Origin: an uncultured Candidatus Rokubacteria bacterium | GTDB lineage: Bacteria > Methylomirabilota > Methylomirabilia > Rokubacteriales > CSP1-6 | Reading direction: 5' to 3' | NCBI GenBank assembly: GCA_963771355.1 | Contig: CAVYTA010000006.1 | Location: forward strand, 2,368,001 to 2,432,000 | DNA: 64,000 bases | Shown: one piece after another, positions 41,333 to 50,822 of the stretch | Position numbering within the stretch: the stretch's first letter is position 1 | How the letters are laid out: every line of letters starts with the position of its first letter | Notes under the pieces: model-generated | Seen by the model: the letters and a program-made list of their open reading frames with translations, nothing else | Databases searched by the model: none | What the model was told of the DNA's origin: nothing | Position numbers and translations under genes: made by a program

Positions 41333-42526
41333 ATGGACGCGCCCCTCGCAGGTCTCCTCGTCGCCGATCTCACCCAGAACGTCGCCGGTCCCTTCTGCGC
41401 GCAGATTCTGGGGGACATGGGCGCGGAGGTGGTCAAGATCGAGCGCACCGGCCGCGGCGACGACGCCCGCGCATGGGCGCCGCCCTACTGGGGCCAGGAG
41501 AGCGCCACCTTCATGAGCGTCAACCGCAACAAGCGGAGCCTCGCGGTGGACCTCAAGTCGCGCGAGGGACTCGCCATCGTGGAGCGCCTGGTGACCCGCG
41601 CGGACGTCTTCGTCCAGTCGCTGCGCGCGGGCGCGGTGGAGGAGCTGGGGCTGGGCTGGGAGCCGGCGCGCGCGCTGAATCCCCGCCTGGTGTACTGCTC
41701 GGTCACCGCCTTCGGGACGGAAGGCCCACTGCGGGACCGGCCGGGCTACGATCCGCTCATGCAGGCCATGTCCGGCATCATGTCCATCACCGGACATCCG
41801 AATCAGCCGCCCGCGCGCGTGCCCGTCTCCGTGGTGGACATGGGCACCGGCATGTGGGCGGCCACCGCCATCCTCGCCGCGCTGCGCGAGCGGGACCGCA
41901 CCGGACGGGGCGTGCACGTCACCACCGCCCTCTTCGACACCGCGCTCGCCTGGACGGCGTTCCAGATGAGCCAGTACCTGGCCACCGGCGAGGTGCCGCT
42001 CCCGCAGGGCTCGGGCACCGCGATGATCTGCCCCTACGAGGCCTTCCCCGCCCGCGACGCCTGGGTGATGATCGCCGCCGGCTCGGACGCGCTCTTCACG
42101 CGCTGCTGCGAGGCGCTCGGAGTGCCCGCGATCGCGGAGGATCCGCGCTTCCGTGACAATCCCACCCGCGTCGCCAATCGGAAGGCGCTCAGCGAGGCAC
42201 TCTCGGCAGTGACCCGCACGCTCGACTCCGCGGATGCCCTGGCTCGCCTCCAGCGGGCGGGCGTGCCCTCGGCGCCCATCAACACGCTCGACCGCATCGT
42301 GGCGGAAGCGCAGACGGAGGCGAGCGGCATGCTGGTGCCCGCCAAGCATCCCCGCCTCCCCGACTACCGGGGGCTGGGCCTGCCCATTCGCTGGGACGGC
42401 GAGCGGCCGGGCATCACGCGGGTGCCGCCGCTCCTGGGCGAGCACACCGCCGAGGTGCTGGCCGAGCTCGGCTTCGAGCCCGCCGCCATCGAGGATCTCG
42501 CGAGGCGCCATGTCGTCGGACTATAA
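41333..42526 (+). CDS. Family III CoA-transferase (CaiB/BaiF)
   Basis: AGPFCAQILGDMGAEVVKIE, NRNKRS, PGYD, PPLLGEHT. Confidence 0.95.
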   Translation: MDAPLAGLLVADLTQNVAGPFCAQILGDMGAEVVKIERTGRGDDARAWAPPYWGQESATFMSVNRNKRSLAVDLKSREGLAIVERLVTRADVFVQSLRAGAVEELGLGWEPARALNPRLVYCSVTAFGTEGPLRDRPGYDPLMQAMSGIMSITGHPNQPPARVPVSVVDMGTGMWAATAILAALRERDRTGRGVHVTTALFDTALAWTAFQMSQYLATGEVPLPQGSGTAMICPYEAFPARDAWVMIAAGSDALFTRCCEALGVPAIAEDPRFRDNPTRVANRKALSEALSAVTRTLDSADALARLQRAGVPSAPINTLDRIVAEAQTEASGMLVPAKHPRLPDYRGLGLPIRWDGERPGITRVPPLLGEHTAEVLAELGFEPAAIEDLARRHVVGL

Positions 42527-43304
42527 GACCCTCAACGTCGGGCGCTCGGCCGATGGCTACGTGGTCACCGTCGAGCTCAACCGTCCCGAGGCGCTCAATG
42601 CCATGAACACGGCGATGGGACGGGATCTCCTGGCGTGCTTCGAGGCGCTACAGTGGGATCGAGAGGCGCGGGCGGTGGTCTTCACCGGCTCCGGCACCAA
42701 GGCCTTCTGCGTGGGCGGCGACCTCAAGGAGCGCGAGGGCATGACCGACGAGGACTGGCGCGCCCAGCACGTGATCTTCGAGGAGGGCGCCTTCAAGGTG
42801 CTGCACTGCCCGGTGCCGGTCATCGCCGCGGTGGAAGGCTTCGCCATGGGTGGAGGCTGCGAGCTGGCCGTGCTCTCCGACTTCGTGGTGGCGGCCGACA
42901 CCGCGGTGTTCGCGGTGCCCGAGGTGACGCGCGGCATCTTTCCCGGCATCGGCGGCACCCAGCTCCTGCCGCGCATCCTGGGCGCGCCTTTGGCCAAGGA
43001 GATGATCTTCACCGGCCGGCGCGTGGCCGCCCAGGAGGCGAAGGCGGTCGGGCTCGTCAACCACCTGGTGCCGGCGGGGCAGGCGCGGGCCAAGGCGCTG
43101 GAGATCGCGGCCACCATCGCCGAGAACGGGCCCTTCGCGGTGCGCCAGGCCAAGAAGGCCATCGCTTGGGGCAGCGAGACGGACCTGGAGACGGCGCTCC
43201 GGCTGGCCATCGAGGCGTACAACAATACCGTCACCACCGAGGACCGTCTCGAGGGGGTGCGGGCCTTCAACGAGAAGCGGAAGCCGCGCTTCACGGGGCG
43301 CTGA
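42510..43304 (+). CDS. Enoyl-CoA hydratase/isomerase (crotonase family)
   Basis: LNRPEALNA, FCVGGDLKE, GGGCE, PEVTRG, AFNEKRKP. Confidence 0.93.
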   Translation: MSSDYKTLNVGRSADGYVVTVELNRPEALNAMNTAMGRDLLACFEALQWDREARAVVFTGSGTKAFCVGGDLKEREGMTDEDWRAQHVIFEEGAFKVLHCPVPVIAAVEGFAMGGGCELAVLSDFVVAADTAVFAVPEVTRGIFPGIGGTQLLPRILGAPLAKEMIFTGRRVAAQEAKAVGLVNHLVPAGQARAKALEIAATIAENGPFAVRQAKKAIAWGSETDLETALRLAIEAYNNTVTTEDRLEGVRAFNEKRKPRFTGR

Positions 43305-43306
43305 CC

Positions 43307-43666
43307 ATGGCTGACTCGATTCGCCGCCTGCGCGGCTCGGCCGCCGGCCGGAACCGCGGCTCCGTCTATCGCGACCTCGTCTGGACGGTGGCCACCGCCG
43401 CCAACCGCAACCAGGGCGTGCGGGCCCAGACTCAGGAGTGTCTCGCCGCGCTGGACAAGAGCCTCGCCGAGGGCGGCTCGGACCGCACGCGCATCCTGTC
43501 GGCGCAGATCTTCCTGGCCGACATGGCCACCAAGGCCGAGATGGACGAGGTGTGGAACGCCTGGATCGGCCCCAACCCGGAGCACTGGCCGCAGCGGGCC
43601 TGCGTGGGCGCGCCGCTCGCGGACGGCTGTCTGGTCGAGATCATCTTCACCGCGGCCAGGACCTGA
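43307..43666 (+). CDS. RidA/YjgF family protein
   Basis: QTQECLAALD..L, IFLADM, MDEVWNAW, PQRACV, LVEI. Confidence 0.85.
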   Translation: MADSIRRLRGSAAGRNRGSVYRDLVWTVATAANRNQGVRAQTQECLAALDKSLAEGGSDRTRILSAQIFLADMATKAEMDEVWNAWIGPNPEHWPQRACVGAPLADGCLVEIIFTAART

Positions 43667-43685
43667 GGGCCGACGGAGGCACGCG

Positions 43686-44861
43686 ATGACCAAGGACATG
43701 ACGTTCACACTCACCGACGAGCAGCGCGCGCTCAAGGCCGCGGTGGCCGACCTCTGCAAGCAGTACCCCCCCGAGTACTGGCGCGACCTGGACGGCCGGC
43801 GAGAGTACCCGGAGCGGTTCATCGACGACCTCACCAAGGCCGGCTACCTCGCCGCCCTGATCCCGCAGGAGTACGGCGGGGCCGGCCTCGGGATCATGGA
43901 GGGCGCGCTCATCCTGGAGGAGATCAACCGCTCGGGCGGCAACGGGGGCGCCTGCCACGCGCAGATGTACATCATGGGCACCGTGCTGCGGCACGGAACC
44001 GAGGCACAGAAGAAGGGCTACCTGCCCAAGATCGCCACCGGCGAGCTGCGGCTCCAGGCCTTCGGCGTCACCGAGCCCAATGCCGGCTCGGACACCACCA
44101 AGCTGCAGACCACGGCGGTCCGTCAGGGGGACCGCTACGTGGTGAACGGCCAGAAGATGTTCATCTCGCGCGTGCTCCAGTCCGACCTCATGCTCCTCCT
44201 CGCCCGCACCACGGCGGTGGACCAGGTGAAGAAGAAGACGGACGGGCTCAGCGTCTTCCTCATCGACATCCGGCCGCTCAAGGGCAAGGGGCTCGAGGTC
44301 CGCCCGCTCAAGATGATGATGAACCACTCCACCAACGCGCTCTTCTTCGACAACATGGAGATTCCCGCCGACAGCCTCATCGGGCAGGAGGGCAAGGGCT
44401 TCTCCTACATCCTCGACGGGATGAACGCGGAGCGGATCCTCGTCGCCTCGGACTCGCTGGGCGACGCGCGCTGGTTCATCGAGAAGGCGGTGGCCTACGC
44501 CAGCCAGCGGGTGATCTTCGGCAAGCCCATCGGCGCCAACCAGGGCGTGCAGTTCCCCATCGCCAAGGCGCACATGGCCATCGAGGCGGCCGACCTCATG
44601 CGCACCAAGGCGGCCAAGATGTTCGACGCCGGCATCCCGTGCGGGCCCGAGGCCAACATGGCGAAGTACCTCGCCTCGGAGGCGGCCATCCAGGCGGGGG
44701 ACGCCTGCCTCGACTGTCACGGTGGCTATGGCTTCGCCGAGGAGTACGACGTCGAGCGCAAGTTCCGCGAGTCGCGCCTCTACCGCACCGCGCCCATCAA
44801 CAACAACCTCGTGGCCGCCTACGTGGGCGAGCACGTGCTCGGGATGCCCCGATCCTACTAG
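43686..44861 (+). CDS. Acyl-CoA dehydrogenase
   Basis: FGVTEPNAGSD, VNGQK, GMNAERI, HGGYGFAEEYDVERKFRE, LGMPRSY. Confidence 0.95.
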   Translation: MTKDMTFTLTDEQRALKAAVADLCKQYPPEYWRDLDGRREYPERFIDDLTKAGYLAALIPQEYGGAGLGIMEGALILEEINRSGGNGGACHAQMYIMGTVLRHGTEAQKKGYLPKIATGELRLQAFGVTEPNAGSDTTKLQTTAVRQGDRYVVNGQKMFISRVLQSDLMLLLARTTAVDQVKKKTDGLSVFLIDIRPLKGKGLEVRPLKMMMNHSTNALFFDNMEIPADSLIGQEGKGFSYILDGMNAERILVASDSLGDARWFIEKAVAYASQRVIFGKPIGANQGVQFPIAKAHMAIEAADLMRTKAAKMFDAGIPCGPEANMAKYLASEAAIQAGDACLDCHGGYGFAEEYDVERKFRESRLYRTAPINNNLVAAYVGEHVLGMPRSY

Positions 44862-44877
44862 GACGGGAGAGCGCGGC

Positions 44878-45816
44878 GTGACTCTCGAGGCGGTCGATCG
44901 TATCAGCGTGACCACGGTGGTGGACAACTCCGTGGACATTCTGCGCGCCGACGAGAAGGTGGCACGGCGCTGGACCAGCACCAGAGCGCGGCGGTTCTCG
45001 ACGCTCCGGGCCGAGCACGGGCTCGCGCACTGGGTGGACGTGACGCGAGGCCGCGAGTCGGCGCGGCTGGCCTTCGACTGGGGGCTCACCGGCGACACCT
45101 ACACCCACAACCTGCGCGAGCTGGGCCTGGACCCGGCCGGGCTCGATGCGCTCGCCCTCAGCCACGGCCATCAGGACCACTGGGGCGGGCTGCCCGGCTT
45201 TCTCCGCGAGGGCCGGCGCGCGATGAAGAGCGCCCTCCCCTTCTACGGGGGATCCGATCACTTCCTCCCGCGCTATAGCGAGATGAAGGGCGAGCGCGTC
45301 TATTTCGGCCGACTCGACCGCGACGAGCTGGAGCGCCAGGACCTCGACGTGCGGGTGGTGGTCAAGCCCACCGCGCTCGCGGAGGGCGTGATGCTCTCGG
45401 GCGAGATGCACGAGACCGCGCCCGGCGAAACCATCCCCGCGTCCCTCAAGGTCGAGCGCGACGGCGCGGTGGTGCAGGACACCTTCATCGGCGAGCAGAC
45501 CCTCATCGGCCATGTGCGGGGTCGCGGGCTGGTGGTGATCACCTCCTGCTCCCATCGCGGCATCGTGGGCATCTGCCGCCACGCCGCCCGGGTGAGCGGC
45601 GTGCCGAAGATCCACGCGGTGATCGGCGGATTTCACTTGAGCGGGCTCGGCGAGGAGCGCATCACGCTCGTGGTGGACGAGTTCAGGCGGCTCGACGTGG
45701 ACTGGCTCATCCCGCAGCACTGCACCGGGATGGAGGCCTTCATCGCCATCGGCAACCGGCTGCCCGCCGAGATGGTGGTGTCCTCGGTGGGCAGCACCTT
45801 CACCTTCGAGGCCTGA
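44878..45816 (+). CDS. MBL-fold metallo-hydrolase (COG1237-like)
   Basis: AEHG, LSHGHQDHWGG, SCSHRG, IGGFHL, PQHCTG. Confidence 0.88.
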   Translation: MTLEAVDRISVTTVVDNSVDILRADEKVARRWTSTRARRFSTLRAEHGLAHWVDVTRGRESARLAFDWGLTGDTYTHNLRELGLDPAGLDALALSHGHQDHWGGLPGFLREGRRAMKSALPFYGGSDHFLPRYSEMKGERVYFGRLDRDELERQDLDVRVVVKPTALAEGVMLSGEMHETAPGETIPASLKVERDGAVVQDTFIGEQTLIGHVRGRGLVVITSCSHRGIVGICRHAARVSGVPKIHAVIGGFHLSGLGEERITLVVDEFRRLDVDWLIPQHCTGMEAFIAIGNRLPAEMVVSSVGSTFTFEA

Positions 45817-45821
45817 GCGGG

Positions 45822-46373
45822 ATGCTGGGGCCGGTGATCGAGGGCGAGCGCATCCGGCTGGAGCCGCCGCGCCCCGAGTACCTGCCCGCTTATTTCCGCT
45901 GGTTCGCGGACATGGAGGTGACGCGGTACCTCCTCTTCCGCTACCCACTGTCGGACAAGGGCGAGGCGGAATGGCTGGAGCAGACCGCCAAGGACCAGAG
46001 CAACGTGCTCTGGGCCATCGTGGCCCGGACGAGCGGCCGCCTGGTCGGCAACACCGCGCTCGAGAAGATCAACTGGCGTGACCGCCGCGCGGAGAGCGGC
46101 ATCGTGATCGGCGAGAAGGACGAGTGGGGCAAGGGCTATGCCGGCGAGGCCATGCGGCTCCGCACCCGCTACGCCTTCCGGGAGCTCGCGCTCAACAAGG
46201 TGGTCACCACCGTGTACGGGGGCAACGAGGCGAGCCGTCGCGCCCTGGAGCGGGCGGGCTACCGGCAGTGTGGGACCTACCGGCGCCACGTGCTCATCGA
46301 CGGACAATGGCACGATGTCTGGATCGGGGAGATCTTGCGGGACGACTGGGAAGCCCAGGAGGGGCGCGCATGA
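45822..46373 (+). CDS. GNAT N-acetyltransferase (RimJ/RimL-like)
   Basis: WGKGYAGEA, YAFRELALNKV, NEASRRALERAGY. Confidence 0.9.
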   Translation: MLGPVIEGERIRLEPPRPEYLPAYFRWFADMEVTRYLLFRYPLSDKGEAEWLEQTAKDQSNVLWAIVARTSGRLVGNTALEKINWRDRRAESGIVIGEKDEWGKGYAGEAMRLRTRYAFRELALNKVVTTVYGGNEASRRALERAGYRQCGTYRRHVLIDGQWHDVWIGEILRDDWEAQEGRA

Positions 46374-47323
46374 AGCTGCCGCAGCGAGTAACGCTCTGTG
46401 AAGTCGGGACGCGCGACGGGTTCCAGATCGAGCCGGACTGGATTCCCACCGATCTCAAGGTCGAGGTGGTGGACCGGCTCTCCGCGACGGGCGTGCCGCG
46501 CATCGAGGTGACGTCCTTCGTGTCGCCCAAGGCCATCCCCGCGCTGCGCGACGCCGAGGAGGTCATGGCCCGCATCCATCGGAGGCCCGGCACTCGCTTC
46601 TCGGCGCTGGTGCCGAACGACAAGGGCGCGGTGCGGGCGGTGGACGCGCGCGTGGACGAGATCCACACGGTGGTGTCGGCCAGCGAGAGCCACAATCTCG
46701 CCAACGTGAACATGTCCATCGCGGAGTCGCTGGTGAAGCTGCGCGCCACCCTGGAGGTGGCCCATCGGGCCGGTGTCCCCGTGTACTCCGGCATCTCCTG
46801 CTCCTTCGGCTGCCCCTTCGAGACCGACGTGCCGGTGGCGCGCCTCGAGGACGTGGTGAAGGCGCTGGTGGACATGGGGGCCCGCGGCATCGGGCTCGCC
46901 GACACCACCGGCATGGCCAACCCCGCCCAGGTCGGCCGCGTCCTCGACCACCTGATGCCCCGCTTCCCGGGCATCGAGTGGACGCTCCACACACACGACA
47001 CCCGTGCCATGGCCATCCCGAACATCCTGGCCGCCATGGAGCGTGGGGTCACCTGCTTCGACGCCTCCATCGGCGGGCTCGGCGGCTGCCCCTTCGCCCC
47101 CGGCGCTTCCGGCAACGTCTGCACCGAGGACCTCATCCACTGCCTCCACTCCATGGGGGTGGCGACCGGTGTGGATCTCGACGCCTACATCGCGGTCTCG
47201 CGGCGGGTGCAGGAGGTGGTGGGTCATCCCCTGCCGGGCCAGATCGTGAAGGCCGGCAAGTGGGACCGCCGCTATCCCCTGCCCGACGGCGTCCAGGCCA
47301 AGCTCGCGGGCACTCGCGGATGA
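46370..47323 (+). CDS. Hydroxymethylglutaryl-CoA lyase family
   Basis: EVGTRDGFQ, TSFVSPK, LADTTG, LHTHDTR, GGLGGCPFAPGASGN. Confidence 0.92.
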   Translation: MKLPQRVTLCEVGTRDGFQIEPDWIPTDLKVEVVDRLSATGVPRIEVTSFVSPKAIPALRDAEEVMARIHRRPGTRFSALVPNDKGAVRAVDARVDEIHTVVSASESHNLANVNMSIAESLVKLRATLEVAHRAGVPVYSGISCSFGCPFETDVPVARLEDVVKALVDMGARGIGLADTTGMANPAQVGRVLDHLMPRFPGIEWTLHTHDTRAMAIPNILAAMERGVTCFDASIGGLGGCPFAPGASGNVCTEDLIHCLHSMGVATGVDLDAYIAVSRRVQEVVGHPLPGQIVKAGKWDRRYPLPDGVQAKLAGTRG

Positions 47324-47894
47324 GCCGACCCAAGGCTCTGCCGAAGAAGGTCGCGCGCATGCTCCGCCTCATGGACCGGGCGGTCACCGAGTGGTCGCTG
47401 CCCGTGATCGGGGTGGAGAAGGGCCGCATGCTGCGCCGCCTCATCGCCGAGCACGCGCCCACCCGCGCGCTCGAGGTGGGCTCTCTCTTCGGCTATTCCG
47501 CTCTCCTCATCGCGGCCAGCCTGCCCCGCGGGGGAAGCTCATCTGCGTGGAGCAGAATCCCTACCTCGCCAAGTTCGTCGACCGGAATGCCGCCGAGGGA
47601 GGACTGGGTGACCGGGTGCGGGTGGTGGTCGGTGACGCCCTGCGCGTGCTCCCCATGCTGCGGGGGCCGGTGGACTTCATGCTCATCGACGCCAAGAAGG
47701 AAGACTACCTCGACTATCTCCGCGCGGTGGAGCCGCGGCTCACCCGCGGGGCGCTGGTGGTGGCGGACAACACGGGGATGTACCGCCGCGACGTGAAGCC
47801 CTACCTTGCCCATGTCCGCGGCGACGGCCGCTACCAGAGTCGCGAGCACGACTTCGGCTTCGACTGCATGGAAGTCTCGGTCTACCGCGGCTAG
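47320..47894 (+). CDS. SAM-dependent O-methyltransferase (frameshift ~47530)
   Basis: LEVGSLFGYS in frame 1; GDAL, LIDAKKEDY, VVADN in frame 2; break lies in a C/G run. Confidence 0.85.
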
Positions 47895-47900
47895 CGCCCC

Positions 47901-48407
47901 GTGTTCGGCGAGCGCCACGATCCGGAGTTCCTCAAGCACCTGTTCGACCGAACGGAGATACTCCGCAAGCCCATGTCCGGCATCATCACCGGCTATCACG
48001 TGCTGCCCTATATCCTGGTGGGGCCCCAGGAGGACCGGCCCGCGCACTCGGTGGAGATCCGCGGCAAGATCAAGGTCTCGCCCCGCCTGGTCCTGGCGCC
48101 GGGACGCGCCGGGCAGACCTACGGCGACCTCTTCAAGGACACCGAGCTGATGGACCAGACCCTGGTGGCACGGGTCTTCTCCTTCGCCTACTCCTCGCGC
48201 CACCAGGTCACGCTCGAGAGCGAGGACCTGACCATCCAGCGCACCGACCGCGAGCCGCAGGCCCAGGTGGAGCGGGCGCTCGACGAGCTGTCACAGCGCG
48301 AGGTCATCAATACCGGCGTCATTCTCTCGCCCAACGTGCGCTTTTACCCGGTCTCCCTGGACCGATTCATCACCGAGATCCTGGATCAGGAGTTCCGCCC
48401 CTCCTGA
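47901..48407 (+). CDS. Hypothetical protein
   Basis: 168 aa with typical high-GC codon bias and globular composition; fills the gap in a co-directional run. No motif recognised. Confidence 0.75.
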   Translation: MFGERHDPEFLKHLFDRTEILRKPMSGIITGYHVLPYILVGPQEDRPAHSVEIRGKIKVSPRLVLAPGRAGQTYGDLFKDTELMDQTLVARVFSFAYSSRHQVTLESEDLTIQRTDREPQAQVERALDELSQREVINTGVILSPNVRFYPVSLDRFITEILDQEFRPS

Positions 48408-48417
48408 CCGGGCGACC

Positions 48418-48939
48418 ATGCGCGTCACGACGCTGACCCCCGCGGAGACACTCGTCGCCGAGCCCGCCCTCGTCGCCCTGCTCCGCGACGCGGTGGACTC
48501 GGGGGCGTCGATCGGCTTCCTGCCGCCGCTCTCGGAAGACGAGGCGGTCGAGTACTGGCGCTCGGTGGGCGCCGCCGTCGCGGAGGGCTCGCGGGTGCTC
48601 TTCGCCGCGCGCGACGCCGCCGGCGAGGCGATCGGGAGCGCCCAGCTGGACCTCGCCCTGCGCGCCAATGGCCGGCACCGCGCCGAGGTCGCGAAGGTGA
48701 TGGTGCATCGGCGCGCGCGCCGGCAAGGCGTCGGGCGCGCCCTCATGCTGGCGGCGGAGGCGGAGGCGCGGCGGCTCGGCCGCAGCACCCTCGTGCTCGA
48801 CACCCGTCACGGCGATCCCTCCGAGATCCTCTATCGCTCGCTGGGCTGGGAGCTCGCCGGCGAGATTCCGCGCTATGCCCGGAGCGCGGACGGGACCCTT
48901 CACGCCACCGCGTTCTACTTCAAGCTCCTCGAGGCCTGA
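48418..48939 (+). CDS. GNAT N-acetyltransferase (Ttr-like)
   Basis: GASIGFL, NGRHRAEVAKVMV, RRQGVG, LVLDT, LYRSLGW. Confidence 0.9.
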   Translation: MRVTTLTPAETLVAEPALVALLRDAVDSGASIGFLPPLSEDEAVEYWRSVGAAVAEGSRVLFAARDAAGEAIGSAQLDLALRANGRHRAEVAKVMVHRRARRQGVGRALMLAAEAEARRLGRSTLVLDTRHGDPSEILYRSLGWELAGEIPRYARSADGTLHATAFYFKLLEA

Positions 48940-49856
48940 TGCGCGCGTATTTCATCTCGCGCCTCGGCCAGACCCTCCTCGTCGTTTTCCTCTCGCTCAC
49001 CGCCGTCTTCTTCCTCGCGCGGCTCGGGGGCGACCCCGTGCTTCTCTTTCTTCCCATGGACATCCAGGCGAAGGACCTCAACGAGTTCCGGCAGCGTCTG
49101 GGGTTCAACGATCCCCTCCCCGTGCAGTACGCGCGCTTCATGTCCGGCGCGGTACGCGGGGACTTCGGCGAGTCGCTCCGCTACAAGCAGGACGCCCTCG
49201 GCCTCGTCCTCGAGCGGATGCCCGCCACCCTCCGTCTGGGCGGCGCCGCGCTGCTCCTCACCTTCTGCCTCGCCATCCCGGTGGGAGTGGTGTCGGCGAT
49301 GAAGCGCGGATCCGTGTGGGACTACCTCGGAATGGGAGGCGCGGTGCTGGGCCAGGCCATCCCCGGCTTCTGGCTGGGCCTCATGCTCATCTATCTCTTC
49401 TCGGTGCGCCTGGGCTGGTTGCCCACCGGCGGGACCGGCGGCCTCCTCCACTACGTGATGCCGGTCCTCGTGCTCGGCGCCTTCTATGCCGCCCGCATGG
49501 CCCGGCTCACCCGCTCGTCGGTGCTCGACACCCTGGGGGAGGACTATATCCTCACCGCCCGCGCGAAAGGGCTGGCCGAGCTCGTGGTGGTGGCCAAGCA
49601 CACGCTCAAGAACGCGGCCATCCCCATCGTGACCCTGGCCGGGCTCGAGACGGGGCAGCTTCTGGGCGGCGCCGTCATCACCGAGACCATCTTCGCGTGG
49701 CCGGGGGTGGGCCGGCTCACCGTCCAGGCCCTCCTCAATCGCGATTTCCCCGTGGTGCTGGCGGCGGTGTTCGTGGCCTCGCTCACCTACACGCTCATCA
49801 ATCTCGTGGTCGATCTCCTCTACGGCTGGATCGACCCGCGGACGAGCCGGTCTTGA
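48939..49856 (+). CDS. Peptide/nickel ABC permease (DppB-like)
   Basis: GDFGESL, DYILTARAKGL, ITETIFAWPGVG, IDPR. Confidence 0.95.
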   Translation: MRAYFISRLGQTLLVVFLSLTAVFFLARLGGDPVLLFLPMDIQAKDLNEFRQRLGFNDPLPVQYARFMSGAVRGDFGESLRYKQDALGLVLERMPATLRLGGAALLLTFCLAIPVGVVSAMKRGSVWDYLGMGGAVLGQAIPGFWLGLMLIYLFSVRLGWLPTGGTGGLLHYVMPVLVLGAFYAARMARLTRSSVLDTLGEDYILTARAKGLAELVVVAKHTLKNAAIPIVTLAGLETGQLLGGAVITETIFAWPGVGRLTVQALLNRDFPVVLAAVFVASLTYTLINLVVDLLYGWIDPRTSRS

Positions 49857-49969
49857 TGGGCGAGCTGCAGCCGAAGGCGAGGCGAGCGAACATGATGGGC
49901 GAGCTGCAGCCGAAGGCGAGGCGAGCGAACACGAAAATGCTCTCCCGAGCGAAGCGAGGGCAGTTCTGA
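49854..49969 (+). repeat. MIRU-like intercistronic element: 39-bp tandem x2 forming a 37-aa mini-ORF
   Basis: TGATGGGCGAGCTGCAGCCGAAGGCGAGGCGAGCGAACA at 49854 and 49893; ORF 49856-49969 overlaps both neighbours through TGATG. Confidence 0.85.
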
Positions 49970-50796
49970 TGACTCTCGCCCGACTTCGACGCAACGGACT
50001 GGGCATCATCGGCCTGGTCCTGGCCGGCGTCGCCATCCTGGCCGCCTTCGCGGCGCCGCTGCTGGCGCCCCACGATCCGCTCAACGCCGACTTCACCCAG
50101 AGCCTCAAGCCGCCGGGAACGGCGGGGCATCCCTGGGGCACCGACCAGCTCGGCCGCGATCTCCTCTCGCGGGTGATCTACGGCGCCCGCATCGCGCTCT
50201 TCATCGGGCTCTGCACGGTGCTGCTCACCGCGGTGGTGGGCGGCGTCCTCGGCCTCCTCGCGGGCTACTTCGGCGGCTGGCCGGGCGCGGTGCTCATGCG
50301 GCTGGTCGACGTCCAGCTGTCCTTCCCCTTCATCTTCCTCGCCATCACCATCAACGCCATCGTGGGGCTGGGGCTGCGGAACATCATCATCAGCCTGGCT
50401 GCCGCGGGCTGGGTCGTGTATGCTCGCGTGGTCCGGGGGGAGGTTCTGTCGGTGAAGCAGCGTGAGTACGTGCACGCGGCGGCGGCGCTGGGCATGGGGC
50501 GGGGTCGGATCCTGTTCCGCCACGTCCTCCCCAACGTGCTGCCCTCGATCATCATCGTCGCGAGTCTCCAGTTCTCGCAGTTCATCGTGGCCGAGGCGGC
50601 CATCTCGTTCCTCGGCTTCGGCGTGCAGCCCCCGACGCCGGCATGGGGGAGCATGCTCTCGGAGAGTCGCGACCATCTCTACGTGGCCTGGTGGCTGGCC
50701 GCCTTTCCGGGCGCGGCGCTGGCCTTGACCGCGCTCGGCATCAACCTGGTGGGGGACTGGCTCCGCGACGTGCTGGACCCCAAGTTCCGCGCCTGA
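49969..50796 (+). CDS. Peptide/nickel ABC permease (DppC-like)
   Basis: WGTDQLGRD, EYVHAAAALG, HVLPN, GDWLRDVLDPK. Confidence 0.95.
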   Translation: MTLARLRRNGLGIIGLVLAGVAILAAFAAPLLAPHDPLNADFTQSLKPPGTAGHPWGTDQLGRDLLSRVIYGARIALFIGLCTVLLTAVVGGVLGLLAGYFGGWPGAVLMRLVDVQLSFPFIFLAITINAIVGLGLRNIIISLAAAGWVVYARVVRGEVLSVKQREYVHAAAALGMGRGRILFRHVLPNVLPSIIIVASLQFSQFIVAEAAISFLGFGVQPPTPAWGSMLSESRDHLYVAWWLAAFPGAALALTALGINLVGDWLRDVLDPKFRA

Positions 50797-50822
50797 GGGC
50801 GCGACCCCGGAGGAGGATTCTC

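Noticed and set aside
49854..49931. 39-bp repeats as a CRISPR array
   Set aside because: Head-to-tail tandem without spacers.
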